From Podarcis filfolensis (taxonomy: Eukaryota), in NCBI GenBank assembly GCA_964270895.1, contig OZ185444.1: 64,000 bases of DNA, one strand, 5' to 3'. The stretch's first letter is position 1. Each line of letters starts with the position of its first letter. The notes below the pieces were generated by a model. That model was not told the DNA's origin, did not search any database, and saw only the letters and a list, made by a program, of their open reading frames with translations. The translations under genes were made by a program, and so were the position numbers. Shown here piece after piece: positions 13,001-23,610 of this stretch.

Positions 13001-14372
13001 CACGTATCAACTGTATGGATTCCCCCAAAGCATCTTGGGGAGTGTAGTTTTTGGGAAAGGCATGTGTTTTAAATGTGTGTTGAATGGGCTTTAAATGGAG
13101 AGTGTGGGTTGCCCAATGCTGCTACTCCCACTTTGTTGCAGGGCAGGGGCGAGTTAGAGTAGTGTACGACAACCCTGAAGTGTAGTCCAGTGTTATGCTG
13201 GTGTTTTGCTTTTTGTTCAGTAAGTGGGTAGGAAATGCTGAAAAGTTGGGCGTAATTAATTAAGGGTTAGAGGGGGACATGGGAGCTAGGGAAATTAAGG
13301 TCTTCAGCCATGGATGGAAAGATGTCTGAATGAGAAACAATGGAGAAAGCAAGTTTTTTTCTGATTTTGACAAAGAGGAATGGCTGAGGGGCTCAGAATG
13401 AAGCTAGCGGGGCAGGCTGCCTTCTGCTGTCCATCAGCATTTACTGCCTGAGATGATTGCCTCCCTCTGCCTAATGGCAGGGCCAGCCCTGATAGGATTG
13501 CAGGCTACATTGCCAGCTTTAGCTTTAAACCTAAAAAGGTATGATTTCCCTGTTACGCTGCTGCAGTGGCCTATACAAGTTTATTACTAAACAAGATGGG
13601 GCTGAACTGGACAGAGCCAGGCTGCCACTTGAAACCCTGTCATTATGAAAACCTGACCTGCTGGAGGTAGAATTAAAGCCCTCTAGCAAACTCCACACAC
13701 TCCTTTGCCACTCAGTAGTTAGGCGAATTTTTCCATTGTCTTTAACAGTAGCTGCAAATAACAATAACAACTAGGGACCAAAGTACTTTAAGGGCTGTCT
13801 CCTTATGCTCCATCTTGATCAGTGATCTCTCTGTTGGGGCACTCCAGGTGCTTCCTCACGCTCCTCTGGTTTGGTTGACTGAGCCTTTAGTGCGGAAGGC
13901 CCTGTGGGACTCCCTGCCACTGGAGGTTTGGCAGCAACCATTGCTCTCTTCTTGCAGATGTCTTTTGAATAATATATTACTTCCAAAGGACTTTGCAATA
14001 TGAATTTTCCCTTTTCAACCGATTGGTATTTGTTCATGTTTTTATGGAGGCTTTCTGTTGATTTTATTTTCATATGCTGCATACTGCCTTGATATTTATT
14101 AATTTTTTAATGAAAGTGCAGCGTATAAATACATAAACAGCCAAGCAAATAGTAGGAAGAGGGAGTGCAGCGATGAAATGTTGCAGTGCGAAGTACTTCC
14201 GCCAGCAGACTGACACTCTTTGGGCCCAGTATCTCTGCTGAGTGGTACAACATGATCAGGAAGAACATAAGCTCCTACTACTAGTTAAATGGTATTTGGA
14301 GTCTGGCTGTTCTTTGCACTCATTCTTGCTCACACTATTCTAGGGCCAAGTCGCTCAGGGCTCCAGAAGATC

Positions 14373-14567
14373 ATGGCTTTCTCCAGTTCTGACATGGATG
14401 AGGCTTTTGACTACTTGTTCAAGATCATTCTGATTGGAGACTCTAACGTGGGGAAGACGTGTGTGGTCCATCGCTTCAAGTCTGGGCAATACTACGCAAA
14501 GCAGCAGAACACTATTGGAGTGGACTTCACGGTACGTTCGCTGGAGATTGACGGCAAGAAAGTGAAG
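14373..14567 (+). CDS. RAB19: RAB19 coding exon 1
   Basis: Acceptor TAG at 14341-14343; ATG 14373; ...DGKKVK|GTTAGT, phase 0. Confidence 0.95.
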
Positions 14568-16943
14568 GTTAGTGACACAGTCTCCTTTCTCCACTGGTGG
14601 GCGTGGGCAGGTGGGCATGGCTTGCCCAAAATAGCCTCACAGGCCAAACAGGAGGCTTGGTGGGTCTCAATAGACTTGTGGTAAACAGTGTTTCCATGCG
14701 CTGCTCTGGTTCACCAGAAGCGGCTTAGTCATGCTGGCCACATGACCCGGAAGCTGTACGCCGGCTCTCTTGGCCAGTAAAGCGAGATGAGCGCCGCAAC
14801 CCCAGAGTCGGCCATGACTGGACCTAATGGTCAGGGGTCCCTTTACCTTTTTACCTGCTTACCTGAGAGCAAGTCCTTTTGAGCGCACAGGGGGCTTACT
14901 TCTGATTAGACCCACAGGATTGCACTGTGTAAATAGATTAAAGAGGTGATCAACTGGAGATTTTGATGGCAATTCTTGCAAGTTGACTGTGGGCTAAATG
15001 TGTTTGTGGATAAATATGACTGCAGTCTGGAGACTGTATTTCAACTCACTGCTCTTTCTGTTCAGTAAACTTAGGTTGACTTGAAGGATCAGTCTCTGGG
15101 AGAAAGTTAATTTTATTTCCTTGTCTCTTTCCCAACCTCCACTCTGCCTTTCAGATACAGGTGTGGGACACAGCAGGTCAAGAACGCTTCCAGACTATAA
15201 CCCAGAGTTATTATCGCAGTGCCCATGGGGCTATTCTTGCCTACGATATGACCAGGAGGTCTACTTTTGAGTCAATTCCTCACTGGATTCATGAGATTGA
15301 AAAATATGGTGCTGCCAACCTGGTCCTGATGTTGATTGGTAGGTGATAAATTCTACCACCAATAGCATGAGTTTAAACTTATCTGCTTTTTCTTGGTCAT
15401 TAATTTTGAAATTTATTTTTAAAGCTGAAGCAAGCATGCATAGTCCTTTTTTCTGAACTAGGAAGAGAGAACCAAGAGAAATGGATGAGCTCAGAGGGAT
15501 AATACTACTAAGGGACATGGGTGGCACGGTGGTCTAAACCACTGAGCTTCTTGGGCTTGCTGATTGGAAGGTTGGTGGTTCGAATCCCCGTGATGGGGTG
15601 AGCACCCATTGCTCTGTCCCAGCTTCTGCCAATCTAGCAGTTTGAAAGCACACCAGTGCAAGTAGATTAACAGGTACCACTGCGGCAGAAAGGTAAAAGG
15701 TGTTTCCGTGCACTCTGGTTTCCGTCATGGTGTCCCATTGCGCCAGAAGTGGTTTATAGCCATGCTGGCAACATGACCTGGAAAGCTCTCTGTGTACAAA
15801 AACCAGATCCCTCGGCCTGAAAGTGAGATGAGTGCCGCAACACCGTAGTTGCCTTTGACTGGACTTAACCGTCCAGGGGTCCTTTACCTTTACCTACTAC
15901 TATAATTTATTACTTATACCCCACCCATCTAGCTGGGTTGCCCCAGCCACTCTGGGTGGCTTCCAACATAATAAAAACACAGCAAAACGTCAAACATTAA
16001 AAACTTCCCAATACAGGGCTGCCTTTTGATGTCTTCGGAAAGTTGTGTAGTTGTTAATTTGTTTGACATCTGATGGGTGGGCGTTTCATAGGACGGGCAC
16101 GACTACAAAAAAGGCCCTCTGCTTGGTTCCCTGTGACCTTACTTCTTGCAGTGAGGGAACCACCAGAAGGGCCTCAGAACTGGACCTCAGGCTGAACGAT
16201 GAGGGTGGAGATGCTCCTTCAAGTAGACAGGGCTGAGGCCATGTAGGGATTTAAGGGTCAGCATAATCACTGTGCTCAAAAATGTCCTGGCAGCCAATGC
16301 AGATCTTTTATGACCAGAGATATTTGGCCCCGGTGATCACTTCTGGCTTTCCCATTTGTCAGAATAGACTCAACTGACTGCATTAAGGATCCAGTTATAA
16401 GTTAGGAGATAATACTTGCGAGTAGGTAAATGGGAACCCTGCAGCAGCTCCCCACTTGTCACTTCTTTCCAGGATGACAAGAAATCATTAATGAGTCCTA
16501 TTTGGGTTCAAACCACTACAAATCCACCTAACAGTTACCTCGTTCAACTCACATTTTACCAGCTTCCTCACAAGGATATAATGGGGGACTGACTTTGATT
16601 TGATAGTCGTAACTCAGTTTGGGTTTTTTGAATTATTTTTTATTCATTTTACAATACAAAAATATAAAAACACATAACACAATTTTTCACAAATACATTT
16701 TTTGGAGTTCCCTCAGCTCTTCTGCAAATCTTCCATTTTAGTCCTTCTTCCGCATTTCTTAATCTAATATTGCCTTTTATTAAAAACCTCCTCCCTCTTA
16801 TTTCCTTTTTTACAATATTTCTGATATTATTTTCACAGAGCCTCTTGCAAACCTACAAACAACTCAGTTTTAATCTTGTTGTAGCATGTCTCCTTTACGC
16901 CGCCTAGAGACAGCTGTGGTTGAGTGGCACGCAAATGGTTGAC

Positions 16944-16987
<44 letters not shown>

Positions 16988-17738
16988 GTTTATTATTTGT
17001 ACCCTGCCCATCTGGCTGGATTTCCCCAGCCACTCTGGGCAGCTTCCACAAAGACCAAAAATACACTAAGATGTCGCACATTAAAAACTTCCCTGAACAG
17101 GGCTGCCTTCAGATGTCTTCTGAATGTCAGGTAGTTGTTTATCTCTTTGACATCTGATGGGAGGGCGTTCCACAGGGCGGGCGCCACTACCGAGAAGGCC
17201 CTCTGCCTGGTTCCCTCTAGCTTTGCTTCTCGCAATGAGGGAACTGTCAGAAGGCCCTCGGCGCTGGACCTTAGCATCCGGGCTGAACGATGGCGGTGGA
17301 GACGCTCCTTCAGGTATACTGGGCCGAGGCCGTTTAGGGCTTTAAAGGTCAACACCAACACTTTGAATTGTGCTCGGAAACATACTGAAGTACATAAATA
17401 AACCATGACCCACGCTGCTTGATGTATGTATCCAAAATGTCACTGAAACCTTCTTAATCCATTTCAAAGGGAACAAGTCAGATGAAGCAGAGAAGCGCCA
17501 AGTCCTGTTTGAAGATGCTTGCACTCTAGCGGAGAAGCATGGCATCCTTGCTGTATTGGAGACATCCGCCAAAGAGGCCCAGAATGTTGACGAAGTCTTC
17601 ATCCTCATGGCTAAAGAGCTGATGGCCAGGAATACCTTGCAGCTGCATGGCGAGGCTGCCTATTCAGATACCATCCATCTGGACAGCAGGCCAGTGGTTT
17701 CTAATTGGGATGATGAGAAGTCCAACTGCTCATGTTGA
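14373..17738 (+). CDS. RAB19: Ras-related protein Rab-19 (215 aa, 3 coding exons)
   Basis: Exons 14373-14567, 15155-15338 and 17470-17738 total 648 nt. G-boxes [20 protein letters not shown] and ETSAK, effector loop QQNTIGVDF (RAB19-type), C-terminal CSC prenylation motif. Lies between SLC37A3 and MKRN1. Confidence 0.95.
14680..14856 (+). mobile_element. Sauria SINE, 5'-truncated
   Basis: Matches the 3' half of 15512-15895, ending ggggtccctttacctttttacc. Confidence 0.8.
15155..15338 (+). CDS. RAB19: RAB19 coding exon 2
   Basis: TTCAG|[12 protein letters not shown]...NLVLMLI-G|GTAGGT, 184 bp. Confidence 0.95.
15512..15895 (+). mobile_element. Sauria SINE, full length
   Basis: tRNA-like head (ggtggc..tggtctaaacc; ggttcgaatccc), 3' ggggtcctttacctttacc tail, possible TSD tactacta (15503-15510 and 15895-15902). 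Confidence 0.85.
15900..16300 (-). mobile_element. L2-clade LINE 3' fragment (same family as 16946-17389)
   Basis: Shares cccaccc..ctgggttgccccagccactctggg and agggctgcc..gatgtcttc blocks with the neighbouring copy. Confidence 0.75.
16946..17389 (-). mobile_element. L2-clade LINE 3' end with (TAT)n tail
   Basis: [19 protein letters not shown]...[15 protein letters not shown] is typical of the L2 ORF2 C-terminus; the (AAT)n run at about 16946-16988 is its tail. Confidence 0.85.
17470..17738 (+). CDS. RAB19: RAB19 coding exon 3 (terminal)
   Basis: CAAAG|GG AAC AAG TCA GAT (GNKSD)...[14 protein letters not shown]...KSNCSC TGA. Confidence 0.95.
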
Positions 17739-20700
17739 TGAGGTGCTTTCAAGGAGAAGAAGCAACCAGGGGTGATTCCTGGGGCCTGCTTTGTTATGAG
17801 AATCCCTCTGCTAGCCTCATTTTGCCAGCCTGATAACATTTCAGCCAGGCAACTTCGACTTCGTGTCGTTCTTCAGAAGCGGAGGCCACCCTTTGTTCTG
17901 ACGGGTTGCAGTGGCTGAGACTGGCAGTGCTACCTTTCAGCTGAAGAGAAGGAAGGTCTATTGGAAACCATTTGCTTAAGTGGACAGTTAACTATTTTTT
18001 GCCCAGTCAGGTGTCTGTTTGTTTCTACCAATGGCTGTGGAAAATAATGGTGAGTTTACTTGCCAGTCACTACAATCTCTTCTTGTATATGTTAGCTTCT
18101 AATTGGTGGTGCCATTGACAGCCATTGGCAGCCCGTGTAGTGAAATGTTAAAAAGAATGGCTTTGAATGGTTGCATCCCAGACGCCTCCTTTACCAAGCG
18201 GCCCAGTGCTTTTGTAGCAATCTCAGAAACTTGATTAATCGAGGGCAGTTGACTGGTCTTTTTGTCAGTTTTCTTAGGATTCTCCCCACCTCTCCTTGCC
18301 ATCAATGGCTAGCCTTTATGAAGATGTTTTAAGGGGGGATTTTTGTGTGCCTGTTTCCTTTACTCACTCCAACTGATGGCAAACAATTCAAAGTAAAAAG
18401 CGTTTATATGATGTTCCCTTTTGGAAATTTGAATCGACTGAAGTTGTTACACCAGAGTTTTCCAACTATGTGTAATATTGTTTTACATCTACTACAAGTT
18501 TTATCAAAGAAATCCCTGGTTTTAGCCTAAGGGGGCATCTGGTCCATAGGCCTCTTTTTAGGCCTTGTGGCACATTTGGAGTTTTTAGGGAGTGCGGTGG
18601 GTGTCGTTTCTCTCTCCCCCCACCCCCCACCCCACCCCACCAAAAGCCAGTGGAAGAGAGCACATCTGCACACAATTCACTTTTCGTGGGATATGGGTGA
18701 AAATTGGTTTCAGTAGAATTTGAGTCATGGAAAACCCACAGATCTGAAATAGGAAGTGGCAAAGAGCACGACTCTTCCAACTTCCTCCTATGCACTTACT
18801 AAGGGAGAAAATGGTAATCGCCCTGAGCCCCTCATGACCAAGGGGGGAGGGCTTTGTGGGTTCCACAGAAGCCACATTGGTGACCTGTGATGTAGTCTAA
18901 CATTCTCTTGCCAGGCAGTTGCCTCAAGCAAGTTTGCCCATAGGGCCTGAAATACAGCAGCCATTGTCCTCCTTATGCCCCGAGCATCTGCATGCAATAA
19001 TGTAGGAGGATAAAAATCTAAGACAGGAGCCACAACCACATCCTGTGGCAGTGGATTCTATACAGTGACGTGTTAAATAGTACTTCCCTTTCTTTCTGTC
19101 TGTCTGTCTGGAAGCAATGGAGTCTCAACTTCATGCTGTGACCTTGAGGTCTCTTCTTATGAGGAACGGAAATCTCTGTCCATTATCAGTGCATGATGTT
19201 GGCTCAGGAATAAATAAGTATATAGAAAGGAGAATTCCTGGATTGCAAGATCCAAGTTTGGGGCTCATTGGTGAGAGAACCCCAGCAGAGATTTAAAACC
19301 ACAAAGCAATGCAGCAACATAAGGCATGGAAATATAGGCTGTTAAGACTTTTAAAATATGCCTTTCTATGTGAGTTCCAAAATAGCTGCCTCTTCTCCCA
19401 GCATAGGAAAAGACCATGTTTAGTATGTTAAAAATGGTTTACTTACAAACTCTCCAAAGGTCAGATTCACATGCTTTTGCATACATCAGTCAGAAAGGCT
19501 GCACAGGCCTTTCTTAGTTTAGTTCCAAGGTGGTGAAAGTTATTATTGGTAATAATTATTGGTTTAGGAACTCAAGAGTGGCTTGAGAGAGCCACGCGGT
19601 CTGAACTGGAGAAACCAGTTCGGACCTCACACATTGAGCTTCTCAGGTAGACCTCCTCCCAAGGTGAAGGGGAACGACCTAGGCTAAGCCTGACAGGATA
19701 TCTTGCTCTATGGTCTTAACCCCTTCATGCATCACTTAAGACTTAAGCATGTTGGTTAAATAAGAATGAGACTGGTTATCCCACACGTGAAGGGAGCCCC
19801 ACACAGAATTGCTGGAGTAGCTCAAGGCCCTCCTAGCCAGCAACAGTGACAGCCACTTGTATCCACCTAATTATTTCCACATTAACAAAGTCCACAAATA
19901 AACAGGACAGCTAGCTCATGCTTCTGCCTCTATAGTTTATGCATGTGCATAATGCTTGGGCTACAGTGGATATGAAAATCTGTGAACTGGCAAAAAAATT
20001 AGTTTTTACTGTTGCTGATAAGTTGTAAAAAGTGCTGCCAACATCAATGGGGGCGGGGAGAGAAAAGAAATAAATTAGGCAATTGCTGTTCACCCCACCA
20101 CCACTTCTCATGACCCAGTTTGTGCATACACGTGAACTGAATTGCAACCACTTTGACTGTTTTCAGCCTGAGGGTAGAGCGAGTCTTTTTTTAGCAATCT
20201 GTATGCTGTTCTGGGAGTGTTTTTTGGGTTAACGCCTGAAATAAGGCTGTTTCTCTCATCCTTCCAAGGCACTCTCATGCAACTACTACGGATGACCACA
20301 TAATCTGAAAGGTGTACTGAGGCACAAAATGCCTATGAAAAGGGATACAGCATGTCAACAGATAGCACTGTACTAATTTCAATAGTTTATACCGCCATAT
20401 TTATCTCTGAATACTTGTGTGTCTGAACACATGCCTCAACCTAGGGGAAACATTTTACCCGACATCTTCACGAATCTCACTCATTTTGATAGTAGCACCT
20501 GCCTTTGAAACACAGATTAGGTCAGCATTTTCTGATTTAAGGCAGTTAGGTCTCATTGACTACAACGTGACAACCTGACATTACACATTTTACTCCCAAT
20601 TCAGTGGCAAGGATTAAAGCATAGGACTCATGCCATTACTCAAAAAAATGTTTTTGTCTCTCTCATACAAAGCTTCTCTCTTCTCTATAACATTGCAATT

Positions 20701-22535
20701 AGTTGAATCTATATGCTGCTATTAAGCATGAAGGGGATGGAAATATCCAGATGACCAATTGCTACTGGTGACTCAAAACTGGATGCAGAGGTCAGGAAAC
20801 ACATTTTCATCCTAAATTTTGCAGGTTTTTTGCAGCCCACATTTGAGAAAACTGCTATTACGACAAAATCGAGAGCACATGGGAACGTAACTAAAATATA
20901 GGATTTCCAAAAGTTGAAAACGAATTTGCTTTTCGGTTGTTTTTTTATTATCATTTGGGAAAAGTGCTTCTTACAAAAGGCAGCTGCAAAGTAACACAGA
21001 CTTCAGCAACAGTTTCCGATTCCATTTAAAAGTGAAAGGAGACGCAATCCAAAGGACATAAGCAGCAGAACAGTTTTAGGACAATCCAGCAGCATTAAAT
21101 GTAAATGGGAAGTTAAAATTCCATTAAAGAGACAGTGGGAAGAGGGAGAAAAAGGGTAGAGGGGCTGGGGGCATCTGGAGTTTTTTCTTGGCAGAACTGG
21201 AGCCTGATTGTGTGGCTGCTTGTTTGATGGGAACAGCCAAGAGGTAATGTGGGTTCTTTTAAACAGAGAGAGAGAGAGAAAGAGATAGAAGTGTTTTCCT
21301 GGATAAAACTCTTCAGTGATTGCTAATGATGATCTCAAACATGTCTAAGAGGAAGGAAATACAGGGATTCTAAGATGCTGGTGCCCTAACTGGGTATTAG
21401 GCTGGTCAGAACCCTCTTTGGCTAACCATATCCCTGTGCCTGTGCAGCCCAAAAGGAGTGTAAAGGTGGCTGGGAAGATATAAGAGTGCTGGTGTCATTA
21501 AGGAGATGCCTATCACCAAGTTAAATGAGCTGGTTTCAAGACCACTTCCAAAAAAAAAAACTTGGTTGAGACCACGACTGCTTCAAAGCTCGCAGGGACT
21601 TCAGACTTCATGCGCCAAGTAAAGGGGTGGTGGTGGGGTCTAAAGTGGGTGATGGTGAAAGAGAAAAGAAGAGAGAAGCGAAAGGGTTTAATACACACAT
21701 ATACTAAGTTGCCCAGCCCTTGGGATACAACTCTGCATTTTATTTGTATATACATACATAGAAAGTTCTCCTTTCACACACAAAAAAACCACATTTCCCT
21801 CTCATGCCGAACAGTAAAAACCCGGAACATTCGCGCCTGGTTCTGGTTACACAGTAGTAAATAGTAATGTGCAAGTAAACAAGTGACCAAAACCACAAAT
21901 GAACACGTGTACATGGGGTGGGAGTCGGGTCTGGAATGGAACTGAAGCCGGCCAAGGGAAAAGAACGAACAGACGACACCGCTGGCCCGAAATCTGAAGT
22001 AGTAAAAAATAAATGTTTCCGAAGTCCGTAATGGAAAGAGGCCATTGGCCAACTCCTGCCCATCCCTGCCCCTGCCGCACAACCGCCGCTCTCACATTTG
22101 TCTCTGGGCTCTTCAAGATGAGTGTGGAAGTCCTGTAAACACTTGAACCTTGGAACTGGGTGAATCCCCGACAGGAACACAGATATGAAGCAACAAGTCT
22201 AATCTAACTGTCTGACAGTTAAATTCCTTTTTTTTTTACAAAAAAAAAACCCTAACGTTTTAAAGGTTTATTACATGTCATTTGTTTAACAGAGAAGAAA
22301 AAAACACACACTCCTGGGGTTGGGGGAGCTTTGAGGCCGGGAGAAAGGAGGGCGGGGTGGGGTTCAGGGAGAGGAGGAGACAGACCCTGGGTAAAAAGTT
22401 ATTACAACAGCAGCACCTGGAATGGATAGGCCTGCCTAGGAGGAGAAAAAAACACAGGCACTGCCACAACACCACAGGAAAAAGAGCTACTGCCTGAAAA
22501 CTGGAGCAGGCAGTCCAAAACTCCACAAAGAGGTG

Positions 22536-22748
22536 CTATAGAGCCAAGTCGTAATAGTCTTCCAGCTCATCGTGAAACAAGTCCCATTCGTCCTCTGAGT
22601 CTGTCAGGTCATCGTCGCCTCCTGCTGCCAACAGCATGAGAAGCATCTCGCCCAGCTCAAAGGTCACCACCTCGTCCTCGTCGTTCTCAAAGGGATCGCT
22701 GCCCTCCCTGTCCTCGATGAACTCCCAAAACCGGTTTCTCCGTTGGGC
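22536..22748 (-). CDS. MKRN1: MKRN1 exon 8 (terminal)
   Basis: TGCAG|[10 protein letters not shown]...[21 protein letters not shown]. Minus-strand AATAAA at 21739-21744 in the 3' UTR. Confidence 0.95.
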   Translation of the reverse strand, partial: AQRRNRFWEFIEDREGSDPFENDEDEVVTFELGEMLLMLLAAGGDDDLTDSEDEWDLFHDELEDYYDLAL

Positions 22749-23560
22749 CTGCAAGGGAAGCATAAGAGATTGCCCTCAGGTGTCTCACATTTCCCATACT
22801 CTTTCTTGTAAGGCAGCGCAAAGGCACATCTCTCTCTCTCTCCCATGTTCCGTGTTCCTCTACTAAACACTGGGCAAAACTGGTAACATTCAGGGCACCT
22901 CTAGGCAGAGAGATTTTGGGTGCCTGGTATGCCGACTGAGCGCTACTGATCCCGCAAGCCGCAGAGGGCAGACTGTTGTGCTGATCCCAGCCAGCACACA
23001 ATGGCAGTCTGAGGGACATGGGGAAGGCAATAGCTCGGTGACAGAGTGCATGCTGTATTTGCAAATGCTCCCAAGTTCAGTCCCTGGCATCTCCAGATAT
23101 GGCTCGGAAAGACGCCTGCACGAAACATGGGAGAGACGCTGGCAGTCGGTGTTGAGAATAATGGCGTTAGATAGACCCACAATCTGGCTCAGTGTGAGGC
23201 AGCTTGACTGAGCAGCTTTGTACCATCTTTTCTTATTGGATGTTATTATTATTGATTAATTATTGATCTGAGGATTAAAGGGCACTTTACAATATTCCTT
23301 GCGCCTCTTCAACATCAAATTGTTTAAGTAGTGTGGACAGTTAGACCAGTGTTTCCCAACCTTGGGTCCCCAGCTGTTTTTGGACTACAATTCCCATCAT
23401 CCCTGACCAATGGTATTGCTAGCTAGGGATGATGGGAGTTGTAGTCCAAAACCAGCTGGAGACCCAAGGTTGGGAAACACTGAGTTAGACAAAGTCTTCG
23501 CAGGAATGCCACCAGTTGCAACAGGCCTGCAAAACCTGTGATCCACCAAGCAGACGACAC

Positions 23561-23610
<50 letters not shown>

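Noticed and set aside
16833-17157. Poly-Leu / poly-Asn ORFs (also 23397-23666)
   Set aside because: Translations of (AAT)n microsatellites.
14373-17738. RAB43 rather than RAB19
   Set aside because: The effector loop QQNTIGVDF and the position between SLC37A3 and MKRN1 fit RAB19.
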